Assembly: GCA_035414025.1 (NCBI GenBank)
Contig: DAONXX010000002.1
Coordinates: 23,304-87,303, forward strand
Length of the DNA: 64,000 nt
Source: Bacteroidales bacterium
GTDB taxonomy: Bacteria; Bacteroidota; Bacteroidia; Bacteroidales; VadinHA17
Direction: 5' to 3'
Positions 28,996-39,009 of the stretch are shown here, one piece after another (position 1 is the stretch's first letter; each line of letters opens with the position of its first letter). The notes below the pieces were generated by a model that made no database searches, was not told the origin of the DNA, and was given only the letters and a program-made list of their open reading frames with translations. The position numbers were made by a program, and so were the translations under genes.

Positions 28996-29046
28996 AAAAA
29001 TTATCTTACTGTCTTGTACGACAGCTTAAGATAATTTTTTATTTTT
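28996..29046 (+). terminator. Intrinsic terminator after the V-ATPase operon
   Basis: Long hairpin AAAAATTATCTTA-CTGTC-loop-GACAG-(CT bulge)-TAAGATAATTTTT, followed by more T residues. About 100 nt after the ntpK stop. Confidence 0.7.
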
Positions 29047-29047
29047 G
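29040..29047 (+). promoter_or_regulatory. Candidate -7 promoter box for the suf operon
   Basis: TATTTTTG immediately after the V-ATPase terminator. Followed by the inverted repeat TAATCT-N6-AGATTA (29048..29065). Confidence 0.3.
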
Positions 29048-29133
29048 TAATCTTTATTTAGATTAAATTTAACCAATAAATAGGGCTGCTTAATTGTTAT
29101 ATTGAGGATTTGAAGCATTGCCCGGTTGCATAA

Positions 29134-30582
29134 ATGGAAAGAGATCAGGACAAGATAATAAATGATGCTACCTCAGGGGAATATAAGTATGGATTCTATT
29201 CTGATATTGAAGCAGATGCCTTACCCAAGGGGCTTGATGAGGATATAATAAAAACTATTTCCCTGAAGAAAGAAGAGCCTGACTGGCTTCTTGAATTCAG
29301 GCTTAAAGCATTCAGGCACTGGCTTACAATGAAAATGCCTGAATGGGCAAATCTTACAATTCCTCCTATTGATTATCAGGATATAATCTACTATTCTGCT
29401 CCGAAAAAGAATGCTCTTTCAGAAAATCCCGGGGAAATAGATCCTGAACTAAAAAAAACATTCGACAAACTCGGGATCCCTCTCGAGGAACAGAAACATC
29501 TTGCAGGTATGGCTGTTGATGCTGTTATGGATTCAGTGTCTGTTAAGACTACTTTCAAAGAAACCCTTGCAGAATCCGGCATCATTTTTTGTTCATTCAG
29601 TGAAGCAGTGAAAGAGTATCCAGATCTGGTGAAGCGTTATCTTGGAACTGTAGTCCCCTACACAGATAACTTCTTTGCAGCGCTTAACTCAGCTGTTTTC
29701 AGTGATGGTTCTTTCTGTTATATTCCGAAGGGAGTCCGCTGCCCCATAGAGCTGTCAACTTATTTCAGAATAAATGCAGCAAATACCGGACAATTTGAGA
29801 GAACATTATTAGTAGCTGATGAGGAGTCGTATGTTAGTTACCTCGAAGGCTGTACTGCTCCTATGAGAGATGAAAACCAGTTGCATGCAGCTATTGTCGA
29901 AATAATTGCCGAGAACAACGCAGAAGTAAAATATTCTACTGTTCAGAACTGGTACCCCGGTGATAAGGATGGCAAAGGAGGGATATTCAATTTTGTAACC
30001 AAAAGAGGGATATGCCGGGGAGAAAATTCAAAGATATCATGGACTCAGGTGGAAACAGGTTCGGCAATTACCTGGAAGTATCCTTCGTGCATTTTACGCG
30101 GCAATAATTCGACAGGTGAATTTTATTCGGTTGCTATAACAAATAATTATCAGCAGGCAGATACCGGAACAAAGATGATACATATCGGAAAAAACACAAA
30201 GAGTACAATAGTATCAAAAGGCATCTCAGCTGGTCATGGTCAGAATAGCTATCGGGGTCTTGTGAAAGTTCATAAAAATGCCACCGGGGCAAGGAATTTT
30301 TCCCAGTGTGATTCACTTTTGCTTGGAGATAAATGCGGAGCACATACCTTCCCTTATTTAGAGGTCAATAATCAGACAGCGATAGTTGAACATGAAGCAA
30401 CCACATCAAAGATCGGAGAAGACCAGATATTTTATTGCAACCAGAGAGGGATATCCACAGAGGATGCAATAGGGCTTATCGTGAATGGCTATGCGCGTGA
30501 AATAATTAATAAGCTGCCAATGGAGTTCGCGGTAGAAGCTCAGAAGCTCCTTCAGATAAGCCTGGAAGGAAGCGTAGGGTGA
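29134..30582 (+). CDS. sufB: Fe-S cluster assembly scaffold protein SufB
   Basis: 482 aa. Typical SufB N-terminus (…[10 protein letters not shown]…) and beta-helix C-terminal domain. Followed by sufC and sufD. Confidence 0.95.
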   Translation: MERDQDKIINDATSGEYKYGFYSDIEADALPKGLDEDIIKTISLKKEEPDWLLEFRLKAFRHWLTMKMPEWANLTIPPIDYQDIIYYSAPKKNALSENPGEIDPELKKTFDKLGIPLEEQKHLAGMAVDAVMDSVSVKTTFKETLAESGIIFCSFSEAVKEYPDLVKRYLGTVVPYTDNFFAALNSAVFSDGSFCYIPKGVRCPIELSTYFRINAANTGQFERTLLVADEESYVSYLEGCTAPMRDENQLHAAIVEIIAENNAEVKYSTVQNWYPGDKDGKGGIFNFVTKRGICRGENSKISWTQVETGSAITWKYPSCILRGNNSTGEFYSVAITNNYQQADTGTKMIHIGKNTKSTIVSKGISAGHGQNSYRGLVKVHKNATGARNFSQCDSLLLGDKCGAHTFPYLEVNNQTAIVEHEATTSKIGEDQIFYCNQRGISTEDAIGLIVNGYAREIINKLPMEFAVEAQKLLQISLEGSVG

Positions 30583-30625
30583 ATAATTAAAAAGCTTGAA
30601 CAGAGTTAGAAGTCTTAAGAATAAT

Positions 30626-31390
30626 ATGCTTGTAATAAAAGATTTAAAAGCTGCCATTAATGGTAAGATGATCCTTAAGGGAATCTCCCTGGAAGTAAAA
30701 GCCGGAGAAATTCACGCAATAATGGGACCAAACGGATCGGGAAAAAGTACTCTTGCTGCTGTCCTTGCCGGACGGGAATTTGTGAGTGTACTTGAAGGAA
30801 GCATTATTTATATGGGCAGGAACCTTCTTGAAATGCTTCCTGAAGACAGGGCTAAAGAAGGGATTTTTCTGGGTTTCCAGTATCCTATTGAGATTCAAGG
30901 GGTAAGTATGGTGAATTTTATGAAAACAGCAGTAAATGAGCATCGTAAACATAAAGGACTTGAACCTCTGTCAGCTTCAGATTTTTTGAAACTGATGAGA
31001 GAAAAGAAGGAACTTGTTGAAATTGACTCAAGACTTGCAAACAGATCAGTAAACGTGGGTTTTTCGGGCGGCGAAAAAAAGAGAAATGAGATATTCCAGA
31101 TGGCTATGCTCGAACCCAGACTGGCAATTCTTGACGAAACCGATTCCGGTCTTGATATTGATGCCCTCAGAATAGTGGCAAATGGAGTGAATAAACTGAA
31201 GAGACCGGATTCTTCAGCAATAGTGATAACACATTACCAGAGGCTTCTCGATTATATTATCCCCGATGTTGTACATGTGCTGTATGATGGCAGGATAGTA
31301 AGAACAGCTGGCAAGGAACTGGCTCTGGAACTTGAAGAAAAGGGTTATGACTGGATCAAAAAAGAGATTGATAATGAGGTGATATCATGA
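30626..31390 (+). CDS. sufC: Fe-S cluster assembly ATPase SufC
   Basis: Walker A GPNGSGKST and ABC signature FSGGEKKR. Start placed at the ATG (MLVIKDLKA…) rather than the upstream alternative codon used by the ORF track (30596). Confidence 0.95.
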   Translation: MLVIKDLKAAINGKMILKGISLEVKAGEIHAIMGPNGSGKSTLAAVLAGREFVSVLEGSIIYMGRNLLEMLPEDRAKEGIFLGFQYPIEIQGVSMVNFMKTAVNEHRKHKGLEPLSASDFLKLMREKKELVEIDSRLANRSVNVGFSGGEKKRNEIFQMAMLEPRLAILDETDSGLDIDALRIVANGVNKLKRPDSSAIVITHYQRLLDYIIPDVVHVLYDGRIVRTAGKELALELEEKGYDWIKKEIDNEVIS

Positions 31391-32745
31391 ATGGTCAACC
31401 TGAAACACAGCAGAGGTACATCAAGCTTTACGGAGAAATTATCGGGAAGATAAAACCCTTGTCATCTCCTCTGATTAATTCGTTCAGGGAACCCGCAATC
31501 AGGAAGTTCAAGGAACAGGGAATTCCTACAAGGAAAAATGAAGCTTACAGATATACTAATCTGATACCATTTTTCGATCACGATTTTGGTAGTTATTTCA
31601 TCCCCGGAAAAAAGGATTTTATTAAAGCAGAAGAGTTCCGTTGTGATGTGGAAGATCTTGATACTCATGGAATAGTTCTTTTAAATGGTTTTTATCCGAC
31701 CATAAACGATAAGCTGCGACAGGTGGATGGCGGAATCTGGGTTGGTAGTCTGAATGAAGCTGCAGATAAATTTCCCGATAAAATCAGGGATCATTATAAC
31801 AAGTATATAAACGGCAATAATGATGGTCTTATTCATCTTAATACTGCTCTTGCATCTGATGGGATTTTTATGTATATCCCCGAAGGGGGTGTTCTTGAAA
31901 AACCGGTTCAGATCGTTAATCTTGTTGAATCAGACACTGATATATTCAACCAGCACAGGAATCTGATCATTGTCGGGGATAATGCTGAATCAACACTTAT
32001 TATATGTGATCATACTCTGTCGCCAAATAAATTTCTTACAAACGCTGTCACTGAGATCTATGTAGGAGAAAATTCCAAGTTTGATATTATAAGGGTTCAG
32101 AATGAGCATAATAATGCAGCCAAGATAACACATACTTTTATTTACCAGAGAGAAAACAGCCGGGTATCCTCAAACAATATAACTTTGCATGGAGGCCTGG
32201 TCCGTAATAATACTCATCATTTTCTGGCAGGGAAGGGTTCCGAATGTAATTCATACGGTCTCTATCTTGCAGATAAGTTTCAACATATCGATAATTATGT
32301 AAGCGTTAACCACATGGCCCCTGACAGTTTCAGTAATCAACTGTTTAAAGGGGTACTTGACGATATGTCAACAGGTGCTTTTAACGGGCGCATTTATGTA
32401 GACAAGCTTGCACAGGGAACAGTTGCTTATCAGAAGAATAACAATATTCTTCTTACTGATGATTCAAAAATGGATACAAAACCACAACTGGAGATATATG
32501 CCGATGATGTTAAATGCAGCCACGGTGCAACTGTGGGACAGTTTGACAATGACGCTCTTTTTTATCTTCAGTCACGGGGAATAAATAAGCGGGAAGCAAA
32601 ACAGTTGCTTATGTTTGGTTTTGCTCATGAAGTGATACAGAATATAAAAGTTGAAGCTCTCCGTGACAGAATGGATGATCTTGTTATGCAGCGCCTGAGA
32701 GGTGAGTTGTCGCGATGTGCCAGTTGTATGGTTAAATGTGGATAA
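31387..32745 (+). CDS. sufD: Fe-S cluster assembly protein SufD
   Basis: 452 aa, SufB/D beta-helix family. 4-nt overlap with sufC. Confidence 0.9.
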   Translation: MNGQPETQQRYIKLYGEIIGKIKPLSSPLINSFREPAIRKFKEQGIPTRKNEAYRYTNLIPFFDHDFGSYFIPGKKDFIKAEEFRCDVEDLDTHGIVLLNGFYPTINDKLRQVDGGIWVGSLNEAADKFPDKIRDHYNKYINGNNDGLIHLNTALASDGIFMYIPEGGVLEKPVQIVNLVESDTDIFNQHRNLIIVGDNAESTLIICDHTLSPNKFLTNAVTEIYVGENSKFDIIRVQNEHNNAAKITHTFIYQRENSRVSSNNITLHGGLVRNNTHHFLAGKGSECNSYGLYLADKFQHIDNYVSVNHMAPDSFSNQLFKGVLDDMSTGAFNGRIYVDKLAQGTVAYQKNNNILLTDDSKMDTKPQLEIYADDVKCSHGATVGQFDNDALFYLQSRGINKREAKQLLMFGFAHEVIQNIKVEALRDRMDDLVMQRLRGELSRCASCMVKCG

Positions 32746-32755
32746 AATTATTCAG

Positions 32756-33973
32756 GTGAAAACAATTTCTGAAATAAGGGCAGATTTCCCCATTCTTGCA
32801 ACTAAAGTTTATGGCAAGCCTCTTATATATTTTGATAATGGAGCAACAACGCAGAAGCCGGAAATTGTATTAAACACCCTCAGTGAAGTTTACAGGAATT
32901 TTAATGGGAACATACACCGGGGCGCTCATGCTTTAAGCGACAGATCTTCAGAGGAATATGAGAATGCCAGGGAAAAAGTAAGGTCTTTTATAAATGCTGA
33001 AAAGAAAGAAGAAATAATTTTTACATCGGGAACCACAGGATCAATAAATGCTGTAGCATTTTCTTTCGGGGAGAAGTTTATAAGGAAAGATGATGAGATA
33101 ATTGTTTCCGGCCTTGAACATCATGCCAATATCGTACCCTGGCAGATGCTGTGTGAAAGAAAGGGATCAAAACTGAAAGTCATTCCGGTTAATGATGAGG
33201 GAGAAATAATACTTGAAGAATATTATAAGCTACTGAACCGTAAAACCAAAATTGTTGCGGTTACTCAGGTATCAAATGCACTTGGCACGATTGTTCCTGT
33301 AAAGGAAATTACCGAAGCAGCTCATTCATTGGATATACCTGTTCTTATTGACGGGGCTCAGGGGATTCAGCATGCCGGTACTGATGTCAGGAAATGCGAT
33401 TTTGATTTTTATGTTTTTTCAGGTCATAAGATATACGGTCCGGCTGGAATAGGAGTTCTCTACGGGAAAGAGAAATGGCTTACGGAGCTTCCGCCTTATC
33501 AGGGAGGAGGTGATATGGTTGAAAAAGTGACTTTTGAAAAAACGACTTACGGAGCCCTTCCATTGAAGTTTGAAGCAGGAACAATGAATTATCCTTCAGC
33601 TATAGGCCTTGCTGCTGCAATCGACTATGTGCTTTCAATTGGCAGGGATTATATATCTGCAATGGAAAATGACCTTCTGAATTATGCTACAAATGTGTTA
33701 TCAGGGATTAGGGGGCTGAAAATTTTTGGTAATTCTGAAAAAAAGATAAGCACTATCTCTTTTTTGCTTGACGGGATACATATGTACGATACAGGAATGA
33801 TTCTGGATAAGCTTGGAATAGCTGTCCGTACCGGTACACATTGTGCACAGCCCATCATGGATAGAATGGGACTTGACGGAACAGTGAGGGCATCAATGTG
33901 TTTTTACAATACAAGGGAAGAAATTGACGCTCTTGGCATGGGGATAGAAAAGGTTATTAAAATGTTTTCGTGA
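32756..33973 (+). CDS. sufS: Cysteine desulfurase SufS
   Basis: PLP-Lys context FSGHKIYGP and catalytic Cys RTGTHCAQP. No in-frame ATG near the N-terminus; candidates are GTG 32756 (MKTISEIRADFPIL, matching homologue N-termini as I recall them) or GTG 32738 (8-nt overlap with sufD). The start is uncertain. Confidence 0.85.
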   Translation: MKTISEIRADFPILATKVYGKPLIYFDNGATTQKPEIVLNTLSEVYRNFNGNIHRGAHALSDRSSEEYENAREKVRSFINAEKKEEIIFTSGTTGSINAVAFSFGEKFIRKDDEIIVSGLEHHANIVPWQMLCERKGSKLKVIPVNDEGEIILEEYYKLLNRKTKIVAVTQVSNALGTIVPVKEITEAAHSLDIPVLIDGAQGIQHAGTDVRKCDFDFYVFSGHKIYGPAGIGVLYGKEKWLTELPPYQGGGDMVEKVTFEKTTYGALPLKFEAGTMNYPSAIGLAAAIDYVLSIGRDYISAMENDLLNYATNVLSGIRGLKIFGNSEKKISTISFLLDGIHMYDTGMILDKLGIAVRTGTHCAQPIMDRMGLDGTVRASMCFYNTREEIDALGMGIEKVIKMFS

Positions 33974-33976
33974 GCT

Positions 33977-34405
33977 ATGACAATAGATAAAATTCAGGAA
34001 GAGATCGTAGAAAGTTTTTCAGCCTTTGATGACTGGATGGAGAAATACAATTTGCTTATTGACCTTGGAAAGGAGTTGCCTGTTCTTGATCCTAAACATA
34101 AAACAAAGGATTTTCTTATTGAAGGCTGTCAGTCAAAAGTATGGCTTTACCCCGAGTATAACGGGAATACCATAACATTTAAAGCAGACAGTGATGCTTT
34201 AATAACTAAGGGTATTGTTTCTTTGCTTATTAAAGTCTTTTCCGGAAGAACACCGGAAGAAATTATTTCAGCGGAACTTAATTTTATTGACAAGATCGGA
34301 TTGCGCCAGAATCTGTCGCCGACGAGAGCCAATGGACTGTTTTCCATGGTCAGGCAGATAAAATTATATGCAATTGCCTATAAGGCAAAGAACACTAATC
34401 AATAA
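33977..34405 (+). CDS. sufE: Sulfur acceptor SufE
   Basis: 142 aa. Active-site context …IEGCQSKVWL…. Confidence 0.85.
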   Translation: MTIDKIQEEIVESFSAFDDWMEKYNLLIDLGKELPVLDPKHKTKDFLIEGCQSKVWLYPEYNGNTITFKADSDALITKGIVSLLIKVFSGRTPEEIISAELNFIDKIGLRQNLSPTRANGLFSMVRQIKLYAIAYKAKNTNQ

Positions 34406-34416
34406 TCAATTAACAG

Positions 34417-34737
34417 ATGGATGCAGCTGAGAAACTTGAAATTGAGACAAGGCTGGTTGGTGTATTGAAAAGTATTTTTGACCCGGAAATACCAGTCAAT
34501 ATATATGATCTGGGACTTATCTACAGTATCATTGTCGATGATGAACATATAGTTCATATAACAATGACTCTTACCGCACCTAATTGTCCGATGGCAGATC
34601 AGCTCATTGAGGAAGTTAAATACAAGGTTGTCGGTACCCGTGGAGTAAAGGATATTGATCTTAAGCTGACTTTCAATCCGCCATGGGACAAAAGCATGCT
34701 GAGTGATGAAGCTATGCTGGAACTGGGTCTGCTTTGA
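34417..34737 (+). CDS. DUF59/SufT-like Fe-S assembly protein
   Basis: 106 aa. …DPEIPVNIYDLGLIY… and …TLTAPNCPMAD… are typical of the DUF59 (PaaD/SufT-like) family. Last gene of the suf cluster. Confidence 0.8.
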   Translation: MDAAEKLEIETRLVGVLKSIFDPEIPVNIYDLGLIYSIIVDDEHIVHITMTLTAPNCPMADQLIEEVKYKVVGTRGVKDIDLKLTFNPPWDKSMLSDEAMLELGLL

Positions 34738-34747
34738 TCCCTGAAAA

Positions 34748-35686
34748 ATGGAAAATTATGGAAAAAAGAGATTAACTGCTGAGATCAGGAAGAAAGCATC
34801 TGATCTGGCTTTTGATTGCTTTGGTATAGCCAGGGTAAGGGCTCTCTCTGAGCGGGAACCCATACTGAAAAAGTGGATTGATGAAGGGATGAATGACATG
34901 ATGGGGTATCTAGCAAGGGAACCCCGCATACGACTTAACCCGGCTCTTCTTGTACCCGGTGCAAAATCTGTCATTGTTACCGGAACGAATTATTATTCTG
35001 AAAATAGTCAGAAAAAGGCAGGAGTACCTGTTATTTCAAGGTATTCTTACGGAATGGATTATCATGATATTATAATTCCGAAGCTAAGGGAATTATTTAA
35101 TTTCATAAAAAGCAAAGTCCCAGATGTTGATGGCAGGGTGTGCTGCGATTCAGGCCAGGTTCATGAAAAAGCCTGGGCAAGTGAAGCCGGTCTGGGCTGG
35201 CAGGGCCGCCATTCAATACTTATCAACCGGGACTTTGGTTCTTATATATTTATCGGGATACTCATCCTGACTACGGAGCTTGATTATGATGAACCATTCT
35301 CAGAGGATTTATGCGGTGAATGCAGGCTCTGTATTGAAGCATGCCCGACAGGAGCCATAAACAATAACAGGACGATAGATACGAGAAAGTGCATAGCCAA
35401 TCTTACATTATATAAACGCCGACCGATCCCTCCGGAGATAATCCCAAAGCTTGAACGCAGAATATATGGTTGCGACAAGTGTCAGGAAGTATGCCCGTGG
35501 AATAAGAAAGCAGTGGATAGCAAAATACCTGAGTTTAAATTGCCGCAAGAAATAGCTGAAATGGAACCTGAAGACTGGCTGATGCTTACAAAGGAAAATT
35601 TTCAAAGACTTTTTTCAGGTCATCCAATTGGAAGAAAGGATTTTGATCAGCTCAAGGAAAATATCCGGAAGGTGTTGGAAACATAG
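34748..35686 (+). CDS. queG: Epoxyqueuosine reductase
   Basis: 312 aa. Two 4Fe-4S ferredoxin motifs (CGECRLCIEACP, CDKCQEVCPWN) in the QueG arrangement. Confidence 0.85.
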   Translation: MENYGKKRLTAEIRKKASDLAFDCFGIARVRALSEREPILKKWIDEGMNDMMGYLAREPRIRLNPALLVPGAKSVIVTGTNYYSENSQKKAGVPVISRYSYGMDYHDIIIPKLRELFNFIKSKVPDVDGRVCCDSGQVHEKAWASEAGLGWQGRHSILINRDFGSYIFIGILILTTELDYDEPFSEDLCGECRLCIEACPTGAINNNRTIDTRKCIANLTLYKRRPIPPEIIPKLERRIYGCDKCQEVCPWNKKAVDSKIPEFKLPQEIAEMEPEDWLMLTKENFQRLFSGHPIGRKDFDQLKENIRKVLET

Positions 35687-35786
35687 CTCCTGCAGGTCGA
35701 GAATCCGCCAGTAGGCGGAGATGAAGACCCGGGAGCGTAACGAATTGGGTTATTGAATATCTCTGATTTAGAGCAATTATTTTTAA

Positions 35787-35813
35787 AAGAGGCTCAATTT
35801 CCTGAGCCTCTTT
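35787..35813. terminator. Bidirectional intrinsic terminator between queG and the ECF sigma gene
   Basis: AAAGAGGCTCA / TGAGCCTCTTT stem with 6-nt loop and flanking A and T runs, between convergent genes. Confidence 0.75.
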
Positions 35814-35844
35814 CTTTAAACCTGTAAAAATCAAATCATTATTG

Positions 35845-36351
35845 TTAAGCGTCATAGTCCTTAAGCATAAGCATAAGTTTTTGCCTTGTAAAAAAGATTC
35901 TGCTTTTTACTGTACCGATCTTTAAGCCAAGCTTGTCAGCTATTTCTTTGTACTTATATCCATGCAGATACATCCTGAAGGGAATTCTGAACTCATCTTC
36001 AAGTGAATCAATAGCTTTCTGGATTTCAGCTTCAAAATAAATTGACTCGGGTGAAATAGCACCCTTGCCATACTGCTGATTAAGAAGGTAAAGATCGTAT
36101 GTTGAATCCATTATAGTGTTTTCCCTTACACTCCGCCTGTAATTATTTATGAAAGTGTTTTTCATTATTGTAAAAACCCAGGCCTTAAAATTTGTATGGT
36201 CAACAAATTTATCTTTGAATGTAAGCGCTTTCAGGTAAATATCCTGAACAAGGTCAAGAGCTGTATCATGGTCATATGTAAGACTCATGGCGAACCTGTA
36301 CAGATTAGGTTTCATGCCAATCAGATTATTGTTGAATTCGTATGCTGTCAT
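35845..36351 (-). CDS. RNA polymerase sigma-70 family (ECF-type) sigma factor
   Basis: 168 aa. Region 2 (…LVQDIYLKA…FKAWVFTIMKNTFINNYRR…) and a region 4 HTH (…YKEIADKLGLKIGTVKSRIFFTRQKL…). No anti-sigma gene adjacent. Confidence 0.8.
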   Translation of the reverse strand: MTAYEFNNNLIGMKPNLYRFAMSLTYDHDTALDLVQDIYLKALTFKDKFVDHTNFKAWVFTIMKNTFINNYRRSVRENTIMDSTYDLYLLNQQYGKGAISPESIYFEAEIQKAIDSLEDEFRIPFRMYLHGYKYKEIADKLGLKIGTVKSRIFFTRQKLMLMLKDYDA

Positions 36352-36584
36352 GATCCATTGTTTTAATTGTCAGATTAAAATTATACCGCAAATAAAAGAT
36401 AAACAAATCCCCATATCTGAAAATGCCTTAATTCTAAGGCGATTATAAATAATGAAATATTATAAATATCATGTAATAAGCAATATGTAAATAAAAAGAA
36501 GCTACCAGTACAAATTATTTATAAATAGATATATGCAGGCCTTGAACATGTTTGTTAAACTTTCGTATTTTTAAAGAAAAAACA

Positions 36585-37406
36585 ATGAATTTCAGCATAA
36601 AGACCAGTAATGGACTGATATTAAGGGGTTTAATTTCAAATCCCGGAGAAGAAATACGAGCTGTAATAATTTTTGTTCATGGTCTTGGCGAGCATATTAA
36701 CAGGTATTCGGAGCTATACGAATTTTTTTCAAATGAGAAGATAGGCTTTGTCGGAGTAGATCTACCGGGGCATGGTCAGTCGGAAGGAAGGAGAGGTCAC
36801 ATAAAGAATTTTGCTGTTACTGACAATATGATTGACATAATTCACAACAGTGTAAAAAAGACATTTCCCGGGATACCGGTATTCATATATGGTCATAGCC
36901 TCGGAGGAGGAATAGTACTTGATTACCTTATAAGAAATAAGCCCAGGCTAAAGGGAGCTATAGTAACATCCCCCTGGCTAAGTTTGTCATTTGAACCGGG
37001 AAAAGTGAAACAGCTTCTTGCTTCAGTAACAAAGGCAATATTGTCAGGATTGATCCAAAAATCAGGACTGGTTGTGGAACATTTATCGCACGATATGGAA
37101 GTGGTCAGGAAATATAAGGCTGATCCTCTTGTTCATGATAAGATATCAGTAGCTCTTTTTCACAGTGCAATGAAAGCGGCTGAACACTCACTTGAACATG
37201 CCCGGGAACTAAGTATCCCCTTGCTTTTAATGCACGGGAGCGACGATAAGATCTGTTCTGTGGATGGGAGCAGGCAGTTTGCGTCAGCATCAGAAAATGT
37301 TGATCTTAGGATATGGGATGGGGCTTATCATGAACTCCATAACGAGTTTTTCAGGAATGATGTGTTTGAAGCTATAACTGAATGGATAAATAATAAGATC
37401 AGTTAA
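36585..37406 (+). CDS. Alpha/beta hydrolase (lysophospholipase/monoglyceride lipase-like)
   Basis: Nucleophile elbow GHSLGG, and HG…H near the C-terminus (…YHELHNE…). Start set at the ATG MNFSIKTSNG rather than the upstream alternative start at 36552. Confidence 0.75.
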   Translation: MNFSIKTSNGLILRGLISNPGEEIRAVIIFVHGLGEHINRYSELYEFFSNEKIGFVGVDLPGHGQSEGRRGHIKNFAVTDNMIDIIHNSVKKTFPGIPVFIYGHSLGGGIVLDYLIRNKPRLKGAIVTSPWLSLSFEPGKVKQLLASVTKAILSGLIQKSGLVVEHLSHDMEVVRKYKADPLVHDKISVALFHSAMKAAEHSLEHARELSIPLLLMHGSDDKICSVDGSRQFASASENVDLRIWDGAYHELHNEFFRNDVFEAITEWINNKIS

Positions 37407-37420
37407 CCTAATCATTTAGC

Positions 37421-38413
37421 ATGGAACTGAGAACGACTTTCAATATAGAGCCTTCAGAACATAAGGTATCATACAATGATGCCGTAATTTTTATCGGATC
37501 ATGTTTTGTAACTTATATCGGTCAGAGACTCGGTTCAGCGCATGTTCCGGTTATGATAAATCCTTTTGGTACTGTTTTCAATCCTGTATCAGTTTGCAAT
37601 TCAATAAACAGGATTATCACTGGGAAAAGCTATGTTATGGCTGAGATAAATAATTACAATGGTCTCTGGCTCAGTTTTGACCATTGTACAGATTTTTCAT
37701 CTGAAAGTGCTGAACAGACCCTGACTTCAATAAATTCAAGACTTAAAGAGGCGAGCGCATTTATTTCCGAGGCACATTTCCTTTTTGTCACTTTTGGGAC
37801 AGCGAGGATCTACAGGTTGAATGAGACCGGGCGCATCGTGTCAAACTGTCATAAACTGCCCGCTTCATATTTTAAGCGTGAACTGTTGACTGTAGATGAA
37901 ATAGTTCGTATCTGGAATTTGCTGCTTGAAAGATTAAAATCATCCTTCCCGGATCTGAAAGTTGTTTTTACGATAAGTCCTGTGCGTCACTGGAAAGACG
38001 GTGCGCATGGTAACCAGGTAAGTAAATCCGTATTGTTCCTTGCAGTGGAAGAGTTATTGAAGCATCCATCAAAACCTTCATACTTCCCGGCATACGAGCT
38101 TCTTATGGATGATCTCCGGGATTACCGTTTCTACGATGATGATATGCTTCATCCATCGCAAAAAGCTGTCGATTATATATGGGAAGAATTCTCAAAATGC
38201 TATTTTGATAGTAATACAAGAGAGATTATGCAGGAGGTGAACAGGATATCAAAAGCAATGTCTCACAGGATAAAGAACATAGCCCCGAACGAGATTAAAA
38301 AGTTTGCTGAGGCCAGTCTGGCAAGGATAGTTTCCGTTTCAAAAAAAGTGCCGTCAATAGATCTTCAGAAAGAGAGGAATTATTTTCTCGGACTCATAAA
38401 TCAGCTTACCTGA
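37421..38413 (+). CDS. GSCFA-domain protein
   Basis: 330 aa containing the family-naming motif (…FIGSCFVTYIG…). Confidence 0.7.
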   Translation: MELRTTFNIEPSEHKVSYNDAVIFIGSCFVTYIGQRLGSAHVPVMINPFGTVFNPVSVCNSINRIITGKSYVMAEINNYNGLWLSFDHCTDFSSESAEQTLTSINSRLKEASAFISEAHFLFVTFGTARIYRLNETGRIVSNCHKLPASYFKRELLTVDEIVRIWNLLLERLKSSFPDLKVVFTISPVRHWKDGAHGNQVSKSVLFLAVEELLKHPSKPSYFPAYELLMDDLRDYRFYDDDMLHPSQKAVDYIWEEFSKCYFDSNTREIMQEVNRISKAMSHRIKNIAPNEIKKFAEASLARIVSVSKKVPSIDLQKERNYFLGLINQLT

Positions 38414-38568
38414 CTGCCGGGAAGTACCTTGCTTCTGTAACGGTGATTTATGAAGCACAAAGTCTTCAGTATCTTGAACGAACTGTATGTGATATTGTTG
38501 AATTTAAATCGATGCCAAATCGCAGCGAATGATTTGAAAGAAGAATTATGATAGATTAAAACATTTTG

Positions 38569-38967
38569 TTATTCGGCAGGTTCGACCATTATCTTTTTCA
38601 CGACCTTTATTCCATCACTGAAAACGATAGTAACAAGGTACATTCCCCTGATGGGATCCTCAAGATCGACTCTTGTAATAGTCTGGGGGTTGCTGTATTC
38701 CTCTTTGAAGACTTCCTGCCCGATTATATTTGTTACCTTAATTGAAGTGACATCCTTTGGTTTATCAAAACCAAAGGATTCGTATTTTACATTGAAGAAA
38801 TTACCTCTTACAGGTACAGGATATATTGTAATTTGTTTTGCATACTTGGCTGCCAGGGCACTCTTGTGGATTGGATTTGCAACATTAGCAATATCCTTCT
38901 GAGCCTGAAGGGATAAACAGAAAACCAATAAAAGAGTTATGAGCAGACTCTTTTTCATTATTGCCAT
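38569..38967 (-). CDS. Small T9SS C-terminal-sorting-domain protein (signal peptide plus CTD, almost no cargo)
   Basis: 132 aa. Signal peptide (…LLLVFCLSLQAQ), about 20 residues, then a Por-secretion-tail-like domain (…ITIYPVPVRGNFFNV…VTNIIGQEV…GMYLVTIVFSDGIKVVKKIMV). An alternative ATG lies 3 codons in (MKKSLL). Confidence 0.6.
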   Translation of the reverse strand: MAIMKKSLLITLLLVFCLSLQAQKDIANVANPIHKSALAAKYAKQITIYPVPVRGNFFNVKYESFGFDKPKDVTSIKVTNIIGQEVFKEEYSNPQTITRVDLEDPIRGMYLVTIVFSDGIKVVKKIMVEPAE

Positions 38968-39009
38968 TTAAAAATACGCATCAAAAACCGTGCTAAAGTT
39001 AGCAAATTA

